Position numbers and translations under genes: made by a program. Positions 18,901 to 30,900 of a stretch of 64,000 bases of DNA are shown here, piece by piece. Numbering within the stretch: position 1 is the first letter of the stretch; every line of letters begins with the position of its first letter. Origin of the DNA: Phoronis australis (taxonomy: Eukaryota > Animalia > Phoronida); contig NMRA01000096.1 in the NCBI GenBank assembly GCA_002633005.1, positions 951,904 through 1,015,903 on the forward strand, given 5' to 3'. The notes beneath the pieces are model-generated. The model was not told the origin of the DNA. It ran no database searches and saw nothing but the letters and a program-made list of their open reading frames with translations.

Positions 18901-21900
18901 ACCAAAAATGGACAAGTTAGGTGGAGTTGGATATGTCGCGCTTTCTTCTTTTATCTGAGCTCAGAAACGTTCAGCAATCCTAACCTTTTAGAAACTAGGT
19001 TATTAATATAGTGTGTTTTTCTACCTCGTTTTGATCAAGTCCTGTTGCCAAAATTGTAATAAAACTTTTGCCGGGTGTTTGGAGAAAAGCATCTTGTTAA
19101 GATTTTATTCAACCGAGTGCTCTCATGTTTGTACATTAAGTGCTACAACCTCTGAACTCTTTATAACCTTTCCATTATTTCTAATCAACTCTTTTAAGGC
19201 CCTGGACATATTCACGAGAAGAACACAAAGAGAAACTTGCAATTATAAAATTCTTAATTTGGGAAGCAGATATCAATAGCTATGATTAAAATTTTATATT
19301 TTTTGGATGCTTGTTACTTAAAAGTTAGAAATGTTCAGAAATTCACCAAATTGCTATTTGGCAAATGCTAAACTACGCAAACTGATTAAAATTTTCTTGT
19401 AAAATTATGTTGGTTGAGAAATTTTACAAAATAAAATTCCGCTTTTCTGCTAAATTGTCATGCATCCTAAAATAATAAATTCTACTTTTCGTAATCAGGT
19501 GAAAGTTTGCGACCATTCTTCTTCGTTGTTTTCTTTAGATGTTGAAAAGGAGGCAGTGTTGCTAGTGGGTTTAGTGTTTGCCTCCCGTTCACGAGGTCGT
19601 ACGTTTGAATTCCACTGGACCCTACTTCTAGACTCTTCAGTTAGGTCTCTTGATCCCCATGTTGGTCTTAATTTGTTTATATCTGTATATGTTAATCAAC
19701 ATAAAATGATTCCAGGCGTTTTGTGCAATGGGGCCAAGTGAAGGCCCTGCGCATGCCTGATGCAACATGATGTATCAGACTACCTGTACTATTTTTTTCA
19801 TTTTTAGGTGTCGAAGCGCAATCCTTAACAGTATGGCGACAGGCTGACCGATACCATGTTCCTCGGATTGCGTATCTCAATAAGATGGACAAATTGGGAG
19901 CGAACATGGCATCATCATTAACTTCTATGAGAGAGAAACTCAAGACGATTCCTTTGCCAATCCATCTCCCTATTGGCAAGGAGAAGACATTTCAAGGTGT
20001 CATCGATATTGTTTCCATGCAAAAAGTTGTATGGGATTCCACATCTAGCAGTAGTCACCGGTTTGTCAAGAAATCTTTGGATCAATTTCGTGATGAGCGG
20101 CTGTTTGCGGAAGCCGTTAATGCTAGGGGTAGTCTTATTGAGCAGTTGGCTGATTTAGATGAAACAATGGCTGATATTGTGTTGAGCGACGTTGCTTATA
20201 GTGAGATAACAGCAGAACAGATACACCCAGCTCTGAGACGCGTAACACTTGCTCACAAGGGTGTGCCAGTCCTGTGCGGGAGTTCACTGAAAAATAAAGG
20301 TGTGCAGCTTCTTTTAGACGCTATCACACAATATTTGCCAAGTCCTTCAGAAAGGTCACGTGAATTCATGGACGTCTACAAAGATGAGTTGTGTGCCTTG
20401 GCGTTTAAGATCATCCACGATAAACAAAGGGGGCCACTGACATTCCTCAGGATTTATAATGGGATCTTAAAATCAGGCTCAACAATTCACAATATAAACC
20501 GTGGTTGCTCTGAAAAGGTCACCAGACTGTGCCAGATGTTTGCGAATGAATCTAAAGATGTCTCTGCTGCATCAGCTGGCAATATTGTTGCTGCTTCAGG
20601 CTTGAATGAGGTTTGTATCTAATATGGTACTACATGTAATGTCCAACTAGTTGTACACAAACTATTTATCAACAAGCATGTGTCCATTGCCAAATGCTGC
20701 AGCGGGAAGGTCCACCATTATCAGTTGAAGAATGGCAATCCTTGGTAACACACACTCAAATATACAGTACGGAATTACAAAAAAATGTAGAATGACATAA
20801 AAATAGATTCGTGCAAAACCTAATCAGCTTTTCAGTGCAAATGGTTTCTTTATTCACCCACGCATCTGTTTTATGCAAAAAGGCTGTAGATATGCTTAGC
20901 TTAGTTTTTAAAGAACTTAGGGAGCTCAGTTACTCAACATATGTTAAATACTGATAACTGTTTTGTGTGATTTATATTCCTTGTCTCAATATAATTATTT
21001 TATTGCAAAAGCTACATTTATTTAATTTTTAGACGACTACTGGTGACACATTGGTGAGTAGTCGATCTTCTGTCAACTCTGCCAAGAAGGCTTACTTATC
21101 AGAGAAAGGACATGACGTGGATGAGACTAAGACACCAGTGCTAGCAGGGGTGACAATTCCTGACCCCGTCTTTCTCTGCTGTGTGGAGCCACCATCTCTG
21201 TCCCAGCAGAAGCAGTTGGATTATGCCCTCTGTTGTCTACAAAGAGAGGACCCTAGTTTCCGTGTGAGTGTTGACCCCGACTCCGGTCAAACTGTACTGG
21301 CTGGTATGGGAGAGCTACACTTGGAGATAATACAGGACAGGATACGTAAGGAATATGGCGTTGACGCATATTTTGGACAACTTTATATATCCTACAGGTA
21401 TGTATGTGAATGAATGGTTTTAGTTTGTTAAGGAGTGAAATGTTTCTTCAAAAAGCTGTTTTCAGTGTCATTCTCCTTTCAAACTTAGAAATATTGACGA
21501 GGGAAATAAATCTTTGGTTTGAAATAAGAAATTTTTGCTTGCATAAAGATGCTGTCATGTTTTTGTCTTTAGGTTTCTTTTGCTAATGTAATAAACTGTT
21601 GTGAACCTATGACCTCCTGCTCAAATTGATGTGTCGTATTATGGAGATTCTTGGCAAAAATCACTGAGGCAGTAAAAAACACACTTTCTATCACAAAAAA
21701 ACAACTTTTGATTTAAACCACTTGCCATCATGAAATTGGTATTATTAATAAATTGCTCTGCAGTTTAATTAGAGAGAGAGAGTACTTAAGGTATTCAAAA
21801 GTACTGATGCTGGGTTATGACTTAATATCAGCCTCTACAAGTTAGTTTGTCTCAGTGGGCCGTTTTATGCACCAAGCATGGTCTTAAGGAATTGTGAATT

Positions 21901-24900
21901 GTCAGGTCTATACAAACTCAGAAATCACTTCTCCTCTCAGTAAGTAACAAGTTGAGACCAATTTTACAGCGGTGAGTGACCTAAATAAAAAGTTCACTTT
22001 TGACCCGTCTGTATGTAATTGCAGCAGATAATTACTTTCACCTTGCCCCAGGTTTGCGGACACACGGCGATTAGAAGTGACGCGAGTTACCCTAGAACAA
22101 GTTACACTACCTCAATAAGGTGGAGTAAGTTGTCACAAGTGGGGCAAGCTGCATTAGTTTGAAAATATCCAGACAGCCCTTAAACCTAGCGAAAACTCGT
22201 TCCAGGAGTGACTTGTTCTTGGATAAGTCAGTGTGTGGACGGCACTTTATTTATTATTACCTCACAAAAGAGTCATGTGACCACTCCAAGTAACCTATTA
22301 ATTCCATTGACCTTGAACAGTCGTTACGAGCAAGCTTAAGTGTGCCAAATAATGTGCTACCTTATTTGAGCTTGGGTAATATTTGTCAGGCTTAGAAGTA
22401 ATCATTTTCCAATCTCTTGACTTACTTTACGCAGGGCTTCTCTTAAACCGCGCATACCCTTGCTTGCAGCGTGGCGGACCTCCTTATTTAGCACACGTGA
22501 CTTAACCTCATAAGCTGTGTGTGTGTGCGCATGTGTGTGCGCATGTGTGTGCGCATGCGTGTGTGCGTAGGTAATAAAAAACAGTAATTGCAGGTGGTCT
22601 GGTACGCGTTGTACCAGACATGCGCAGGCCGCTCAGGTGGGCCCATTCCACTGGTCACCTGGAACTATTTTATGCTTTATTAATAGTTAAAGCTGAGGTG
22701 AGGAGCTAGAGACATGACTCAAAGGTCTAACAGTGTGCCCCAGTGGTACTAGAACCCGCGACTTTGAGAAAAAGAAGCAGACATTTATCCCGCTATGCCA
22801 CGCTGTCTCTTCTTGCTGTGTAGGTAGGTGATGGTCATTTTTACCTTGATAGTCAGTTGGTAAGAAAACATATTGGGCTTATTTCGTGGAATTTGCTGAT
22901 GGTCGACTTTAACTCTTTGAAATGTTTTTCTAGAGAAACAATTGATGGCTCTGCGGAGGAGACATCCACCATTGACAAAGTGATCGGCAACACCCACAAC
23001 AGAGTATCCATTACTCTAGGTGTGCGGCCCAAGCCGGGTGCGGGTCAGCCTAGTCGTCTGACTCTTGTGAGAAGCCGTGATGACAACCTTGACAGTATAC
23101 GTAGGCATCACATGAAGGCTATTCAAAACGGCATGCGGTCAGCTCTCAACCAAGGTAGCGTTATTGGCAGCGATTGGTTATCCTTTTTCATTGTTATACA
23201 CCATGGGACAAGAATTTCCATCCGTTTATTAAAGCCGCTGGAAACCTTGAGTCTGGTGACTTGAAACTTACAAGGATACTTAATCCTGTCTTGATGGTCT
23301 AGACAACCATCGTGTCACCTGCTGATTGTGCCAGTGGCATCAACCTTGAAAGATAAAAGTAGGAATCAACCAAAAACTCACACTCACAATATCACAAATT
23401 GGATATTATGGTTCTTAGTGAGAGGTCTTTTCCCACAGTTGCCGTGCATTTCACTAAAAGCATTGGTCACAATTGCCCGTTTAGCAAATTTTGAAAGGAG
23501 TTTTCAAATTTTCCTTCATACCTTTGAGGGTGGTCAAGGGTTGCAGCACATTATTTTATTTCAGAGAATTGGAACGTCTATTTTAATATCTGTTAATAGG
23601 CCAAAACTGGGTTCGGTGTCCTTTTAAGTAAGAAATTTGGTTTTGTGCTTCACACAGCTATTTCTTAAAAATAATTTAATCTCACTAATTGATAAGCAAA
23701 GTCATTGGCAATGTATAATTGCACCTTTTTGGAATTCGCAATTTTAAGGTTGGCCAGCCCAATAAATTTTGAAGCATTCTTTTTGGCAATGGAAATAGAA
23801 TCTTATAATGGTAAGGAATATTTTGAGACTGATTTCGTGGAAGTAAAAGGGCTAGCTTGATTTTCAAATTTAATTCAGTTTTCGAAGTCAAAGTCTACAC
23901 TTTTCACTTTCAAACAATATGTACTTTCGCAGAGCTCATTTGTAGTTTTTCAAATATTTGGATAAATACACTTGTCAATAAGGTCCAACATAACCTTAAG
24001 TTTGTTTCATTTCACTCAACCAACTGTAAACATTTGCGCATTTAAAAAGCATTTTCTTTGCTGTCTAAGGAAAGACACATTTTGTTGATTGCAAACATCT
24101 GCATTATTGAGAGAAGAATAAGTGTCCCCCAAGTGTTTCATTGAAAAGCAAACTATTACCGACTGACCTACTCTCAACTCAGAGGACTGAGGGTGCATTG
24201 CAAGGGAGAAAGACTATTTTAAGAATGGTCTTGAAGAATTGTCAGACAGTGGATATGTTTGTCGCAATATACCATTTAATCGCTTGCCAGTATCTGAGGA
24301 AAGTTGACGTCATTTAAAATTGGTAAAAAACAAGAGAAGTTACTTAGTACTAGAAGACTATAAGTTAAGTACTCATAACATCTTCTAGTTATGTAACTTC
24401 TCTCGTTTTTTACCATCATCACAGAAGACAACGATGAATTGGGAACACTTTTAACCGTATCATTTAAAATTGTTTTGTTTCAGCATCTTCTTGTGCTAAT
24501 TCTGAATCTGTTTTCACATTTCAGGTCCCATCCTTGGCTTCCCAGTTCTTGATTTGGAAGTGTTGTTACATTCATTCCAAGTTGGCTACGGCACTACTCT
24601 GGCCATGGTATCCGCTTGCACCTCCGAGTGTGTCCACAAGGTGTTGCAGAAGGCATCCGGCGTCTTACTAGAACCCATGATGAGACTAGAGGTAGCGTGT
24701 AGGGGGTTAATGCCTTGCATCAACTGGAAACATGTGAAGATTGTCACGTGTCATGTGACGTTAAGGTCATGTAAGGTCATGTAAGGTCATGTAGGGTCAT
24801 GTTGACAAGTCTGTATATTTAGCCAAATATCAACAGAACTTTAAATTTAAATCATTATGTAAATTAAAATTGTATATTTTCCAACAGTAGAAAGCCCGTA

Positions 24901-25822
24901 GAATGTCATTTTTGGTCGTAACAATATGACATTAATTGGTTCACATGACCATGTCTATTTAGTAAAATTTAGCAAAAGAGAAAGCCCCATTGATAGCAAA
25001 GGAAGGGTGTCAATAACATGATCAGGTTTTGTTTGATATAAATCTTCAAGATTAAATCTCTATGGTTCTGTTACAGTTTTCAAATGTGGGTATTTCACTT
25101 TCGATTGATGCGACTTGTGAGTTTTTGCATGGAAACTGTTAAAAGTCCTATTTTTGAGAGCTCCAGCGGCAAAATTGGGAGATTTTTAAATCATTTTCTA
25201 ATAGCGTTTTGAAGAAGATCAGGGTGTGCACCATGGTATCTGAAAGTTTGGTATTAATTCGATCAACCAGTTCTGAGATATGATGTGATGTGTGTCAAAT
25301 TTGGACTTTTTTCTAGGGTCCTACATAATTTTATCTCGGTTTTATTTGACACTTAAGTGGACCAAGACTTTCAGCCATGCATAAATTCAAACTTGAAATG
25401 CCAAAAATTATTGTCAATATACTTTAGCATCATCGCTTTTCAAATAATTTAGTGTTACATTTCCCTATTTTTGCAACTTTAACTAGACTGGAATGAAAAT
25501 TGTCAATTTTTGAAAACTACTGTAGAAGATGACAAATCTCATTAAAAATTTTCCTTCCTTTCAGATCACAGCAGACGACACTGGCTCCCAAAGCATTCTG
25601 GGAGATTTGTCGACTAGAAGGGCACACATTCATGACATATTCACGAGACAAGACACTCGCGTTATTCTCGCAGAGGTTCCCCTGTCAGAACTTTTTGGCT
25701 ACTCGACCGTTTTGCGGACTATCACATCCGGAAAGGCCACGTTTTCAATGGAATTGTCCCGTTATGAAAGAATGTCCAATGAAATGCAACGAAAAACTGT
25801 ATTGGAAAGCAGAGGCTGGTAG
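15908..25822 (+). CDS. GFM2: Mitochondrial ribosome-releasing factor 2 / EF-G2mt, 8 exons
   Basis: Exons are 15908-16241, 17583-17711, 18337-18417, 19808-20610, 21033-21397, 22934-23154, 24525-24691 and 25565-25822 (TAG). Motifs: G1 [32 protein letters not shown] (GFM2-type), [21 protein letters not shown] and LLEPMM. The N-terminus is an Arg/Ser-rich presequence. Confidence 0.96.
17979..18232. mobile_element. Degenerate MITE-like inverted-repeat element in a GFM2 intron
   Basis: TTAAAACAGAAATTTGGTCTT at about 18001-18021 and AAGACCAAATTTCTGTCTTAA at about 18188-18208 are inverted repeats. Related palindromes occur at about 30580-30680 and 53579-53650. Confidence 0.55.
19549..19780 (+). mobile_element. 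Degenerate tRNA-headed SINE, copy A
   Basis: A-box-like TTGCTAGTGG and B-box-like GTTTGAATTCC, followed by a core (GCAATGGGGCCAAGTGAAGGCCCTGCGCATG) shared with 22605-22810 (-) and about 44975-45035 (+). Confidence 0.6.
22517..22568. repeat. GT/GCGCAT compound microsatellite
   Basis: gtgtgtgtgtgcgcatgtgtgtgcgcatgtgtgtgcgcatgcgtgtgtgcg. Confidence 0.85.
22605..22810 (-). mobile_element. Degenerate tRNA-headed SINE, copy B
   Basis: The reverse complement reads AGAGACAGCGTGGCATAGCGGG...GGGTTCTAGTACCACTGGG...GGAATGGGCCCACCTGAGCGGCCTGCGCATG and is colinear with copy A. Confidence 0.6.
24321..24414. repeat. Imperfect palindrome
   Basis: GGTAAAAAACAAGAGAAGTTAC..CTAGAAGA pairs with TCTTCTAG..GTAACTTCTCTCGTTTTTTACC. 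Confidence 0.7.
24764..24801. repeat. 10-bp tandem repeat (AGGTCATGTA) x about 4
   Basis: aggtcatgta aggtcatgta aggtcatgta gggtcatg. Confidence 0.85.
25140..25326 (-). repeat. Dispersed interspersed repeat, copy 2 (inverted)
   Basis: AAAGTCCTATTTTTGA...CATGGTATCTGAAAGTTTG...CAAATTTGGAC...TAGGGTCCTACAT is the reverse complement of blocks in 11775-11966. Confidence 0.7.
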
Positions 25823-26039
25823 AAGGCTGTTTCTCGAATTCATGACACTTCAAGATGACCCTTTTCCTTGTTTTGAAATTGCTGTGTCTGAAATGTTTAA
25901 TCTTTGTTTTAAAACATTGTTCAGTTTTAACATAAATGAGAAGTGACATTCTTTTGATGAGGTAGCACACTATGGTACAAATTCAACTATATGTTTGTGT
26001 GTGGATACATTGTATTGTCATCCACCTCCGGTGTCGTTT

Positions 26040-26302
26040 AGCGTATGCTGCTGTATCTCCTAAATCCTTCGAGGTATGTTTGTGAAATTTTAAATACATG
26101 TATCATGGATCGGATGGCATGAGCAAATTTTCTGATGGATGAAAGTACCGATGGCAATTTTAGTTCTGTACGTTAGCCTCTATATGTTAAGAGTTCCGTC
26201 ACAGATTTTCATGAAATTTCAGAAATAGGTTTCTTTTATGGAGACGATGACACCTTCTCATTTTCAGCTGGATTTTGTGTAATCTGCGCCCCCTAGTGGC
26301 CA
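26040..26302 (-). repeat. Inverted copy of the same repeat family downstream of the GFM2 stop, with a near-consensus CTCF motif
   Basis: The reverse complement TGGCCACTAGGGGGCGCAGA...GTCATCGTCTCCATAAAAGAAACCTATTTCTGAAATTTCATGAAAATC is colinear with 60988-61105. Confidence 0.65.
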
Positions 26303-27139
26303 ACAGGGACATGGAAACCACCAAAACATTGAAAGCACCAGTGACTCGAGACAATGCTTGAGAATGTTTTTGGGGTTAGCCTATTCTAAAACTGCATATT
26401 TGAAAATGGTGCAGGTACATGAAGACATTGCCTAGTACTTGCTGGATCATTCGGCAGAAATTCAAGATCAGATGAATGGGTTTATGCCTTCTAAACTCAA
26501 CGTGCTTTGATTAAGAATTCAACATTTACAGTTAATTAGGGGTGAAGTGCATCTTTAGTATTTAGAACAATGCACTACTGGCAGATTTAGAGGTCAGTAA
26601 TGCGGAGAAGGTTGTGTGTCGAGTCGTGATTACTGTGATGTGAGTGTGTGCCTCTACCATTCGTAGCATGTGTTTTTCGTTCCTCACTTTATTTGCACAC
26701 ATTACATGATCGTCTGTAGCGTAAATATTGTTGTTTTTGGCATATGTTGGAAGCCAAATGAGGCTTTGGCAGACGTGGATATTTGCCATAGCTTTGCAAT
26801 AATTTTTGTTACAACATGCCATTCTTGAGTTCATCAATCGTCATCAATCACGATATCTCTGATTTTCATCATTATCAGTCATTGTCAATCGTCACCAGTC
26901 ATAGTTAGTCGCCATCATCACCGTTGTCTTCATCAGTCATATCATCAATATTATGACTGTTACCACTAGCTGTTGTCATCGTCATCATTGTCTTTTCAGT
27001 CAGCAGGTATTGTTGTTTAGGGTCCTTTCACTAATTTATTGTTGCATGAATAAAATATTTTTAAAATTTCCGTTAGTTTTCATTGCTCTTCCTTTGTCAA
27101 CCATTTGGTTACCAAAGTTTTGTAAACAATATTAAAGAA

Positions 27140-27160
27140 AATAAATATGCTCTCTTTATT
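27140..27160. terminator. Back-to-back polyadenylation signals between convergent GFM2 and the LRRC74-like gene
   Basis: AATAAA on + at 27140-27145 and AATAAA on - at 27155-27160. Confidence 0.45.
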
Positions 27161-27266
27161 GTTGCTTTTGTCGCATCAAATTGAGATGTAGTGGCCATGA
27201 ATAATGACTAACCAGGCTTTTTGGTTGTAAGCGCCCGTGTATTTTGCCTTGCTCATGTATATCTTA

Positions 27267-27425
27267 CCGTAATCGTTCGGGTTAACGCCCTGGGCGGTTA
27301 AATTGGCGAATCCAAAAAATCGGGGGAGGGTGGTTAACCGAGCAGTGTGCGGTTAAATCGAAAATCCACCTAAAGTCGGGGATGGGCGGTTAACTGAGCA
27401 TGGGCGTTAACCCGAACGATTACGG
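27267..27425. mobile_element. MITE with perfect terminal inverted repeats and TA target-site duplication (Tc1/mariner-pogo type)
   Basis: TA|CCGTAATCGTTCGGGTTAACGCCC ... GGGCGTTAACCCGAACGATTACGG|TA: a 24-bp perfect TIR, with internal GCGGTTAA subrepeats. Confidence 0.9.
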
Positions 27426-27963
27426 TATGAAGCACATTACAGATCTGCAGTAACTACCAGTGATGGTTAGCTAGGCTCTCCAACCAGAAGGTAGATCGCC
27501 ATGATGACGTTCTTATCCTGTGCCTCCAAATCATACAGTAAGTCAGTTTTTATTATAGTGGAAAGCCCACATACGGTGACATAACTTGTGGTTAGTTTCT
27601 GTTCGGCCATGATGATCTCGTGGTTAGCTAGAAAACCTAGCACATTAATGTTGCTCTAATAATTCGTTACTGAGACAGCTGATGGGACGCCTTACGCCAG
27701 TTAGTTAATTTACCATTGCTGAGTCTCATTCGCTAGCGACCTCTCTTGTTCTTTTGGATATCGCTTCCAAGTTGTCAATAAGTGTTTCAGTCTTGCAATA
27801 CAGTACAACCTTCGTTACAGTGTTGTTTAATATTTGCTGGCGTTAGCTATGTGGATACTCATTTTAAGCAGCTGATTTGCCTTCTAATCAGACGTCCTCT
27901 TTTAGTGTTTTCTTATACAAATTCCTCATCTTAACGCCCTGTTTATGTTCAATGTTTATCTCA

Positions 27964-30900
27964 CTATTCCTTCACTGCTAGTTTTTTCCACTTATTTATT
28001 GCAGATAACCCTGTCTTCTTCTTGTCTTCCTCACTCTTCGGTGCATCAGCACTAGTGTGCTCTGTTTCTTTCTTTTTCTTCACTCGATCCATCAGAGCCT
28101 GTATGGCTGAATTGAAGTCTTTTGACTCTGCTAGCGATTCAGGTGTTTCTATCTTGTCATTTTTATTCTTTTTAGCATTTTTTTGTTTTGCTTGTTTTTC
28201 CATTTCCACTTGATCTTCGTACTTCTTCCTTGCACGAAATTTGACCTCTTTAAATTCTTTGTTGATGTTTAAAATCTCCCTGAAATGAGCAGAAAAAATG
28301 GTCACCTGTTCATGAAAATTACAACCTAGTAGATTAAGGCTTGTGAAAAGACGATCGATCATTTGTAAACTGTTTGATTGAAACTTTCTTAAGGTTCCAC
28401 TCTGCCGTTAATTGACGAAATCGCAAACTTATAACTGGGATGAATACCTCAATCGCGGCTGTGAATCGTTCTGTTAAAGTAAGATGAGTGCCTTGGTCTA
28501 TTCGGTCCGTCCGTATTGCCTTCTAATATGTAACTAGGAACACTAATTCAGTAAAAAAGAACCAGGGGGTTCTACCAAAAATATAAAGCAAAACAATGGT
28601 TTTCAAAAATGGCTTTAGATGGGGCTTTAATATTTTCTAAAGCGGTATTGGTACAACAGGACCAGTAGTGTTCTATAACCTAAGTGGAATTCAATGGTTG
28701 CTTCTGGATCAAGATCCTTGGTAGCGGCAACCACTGGAGTTGATAAGTGTGTTTTTACTCGTAGTGAATGTCTTAATAATTGCTGTTATTTTAAAGTATT
28801 TGACCAATTTTTACCATTTGAAGTATGTCTGTCTACTTTTTTAAATTCATTTTTTGAATTCGCGTAAAATGTGTTTAAGTTACTTAGATTTTTTTCATTC
28901 AGCAAAGGTATGTCGAGCGCTGTTCGGGGTAATATGACTATTGAGATGAGTTTTTAAATTATGCGATCTGTCAGAGTGGCCTAGTAGAGAATTAAGGCAA
29001 CTTAACAATTCTTGTGTTCTATGATCATGTGGTGCTGGGAATAATGCGTGTTATTTTTAGATTAATAATTCCTTCATATTTTATCTCAACTTTGAACTTA
29101 GCTATTTGTGGCCTGCCGATGTAGTGCTCGGTATAACATTAAAAGTGGACGATTTTCCAGCGTTTGGTGTATAGCCTGGTGTGTGGTTAGAACATTCATC
29201 AATAGAAAAAATTAGTTTAAAACGGTTGAATGTTCTGAACATGCAAACACTAACAGTTCAGACATTCGTCTGGACCAGAACAATGTTGTTTCTCTGAGAT
29301 CTTTTATTCAATCTCTTAAATATACCGTTGGTGGAGCGATCACTTATAATAGAGTACGTAAATTGACCAGCAATTACCAATATTCTTGATTGAGAAGTGA
29401 TGTTCATCTAATGATAACCGACATTTATTATGTGACATTTTCTTCGATTGAACGAGGTGTGCCTCGACACAGACGCCATTTTGAGAACATTGACCTCTGA
29501 AATGCGTGGTGTAGGCGTTGGTCTTATAAAACATAATTTTAATTACGCATTTAAAAACGTATAAATATTAAGTGCCTGCTTCACTAAAAATTGTACCTTT
29601 ACGACCTTTTAAACTGGCGTCGTAACTTCAGAATAAAATACCGTTTCCATAATTTTAAAATTTTTCCGAGCTCGCAGTCTCATTTAAACTTGTTTCTATG
29701 CAGAAAGAATTGTAATTGGTAAGTAAGCGCTATGTAAACGAGACTTGGGATAAAAAAAATTAAATCTCCCAGTGAAACTTCAAGCTCCCAGGAAGGACTT
29801 TGTTAAATTGATCCAGGTTTTATGAAGCCGACACAGAGGCTTTCGAGTTGAAAATAAAAGGCAAAATGCTGACATGCGGGGTTTGTGTTACTGTGGCGAA
29901 AGCACTCGTCTTTGCATGAACACTTCACACCTGACATTGTTGATCATCTACAATTTTGTTACACCAAATAGTCCGCAAGGTTCCATTTCTCCCATCATGA
30001 GAACTTGCCCTCGCTAATACTACAATTGGCATCTATATTGGTATGAAAGTAGTTCCAAAACTTTTACTTCTCTGACATCGTGGGACTAAGAGCTGAAGTT
30101 GGCGTCTAGTAACTTTAAAACAAATCTACTTACGCCAAATCAATCTCACCATCTCCATCTTTGTCTAGCATGTCCATTAGCTCCTCGTACTGCGCCACAG
30201 TTAGCGGGGTTTTCACTTCCTGCAAAATGCAAATAACTTTTGGTCAGGATAATTCGCTCTCGGTGTCTTGTAGAATGGTCAATTCTGGGCAGCGAATCAG
30301 CCTTCATAGAGGAATAGTAACGCAACGTGTCAGTCCTCAGTTGTCTACGGAACAGTTGCATACCCATTAAACGTTTTTGCGATTATTGTTGGAAAGGATA
30401 TAATTCTTGAAATTGTTAGTTTTGACCAGAGCCCCATTTCAAGAAACTAACTTTGGTTCATTTTTTACTGAAGTCTATAATTTGTCTCCACCTCCAAACT
30501 TTGAAACTACCGTATCTGGTAAGTTAGTCAACCTTAACACAAAACCTAAGTGAACAAATGAAGTCAAACTTAAGATCATTTTCTTGGAACGGACTTAAGA
30601 CAAATTTAAATTTTATCTTAAAATTTACTAAAATTCAAGAATTGTCTTAGCTTAGTCAGTTTTCGTGGAACGAGCACCAGTATACCACGTAACAACAAAA
30701 TCCGTTTCGCTGATTCTCGAGGTTGGCTTCCAGTCATTCGGTAAATTTAACAGTTTTCGAGGCCAGTGACACTAAAGTGACTAGTTCTGTCCAAAAAGCG
30801 AACTTACGATTTAGATCATTTACCGCTATAAAATTGTTCTCAACTTGTTTCTTATTCTGATAAGAAGTGATTTGAGCTGTTGCTAAGAACTGGCAGGTCG

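Noticed and set aside
26830-26995. ATC/GTC-rich tract as a coding low-complexity exon
   Set aside because: It has no splice context or frame linking it to either neighbour and looks like a decayed trinucleotide microsatellite.
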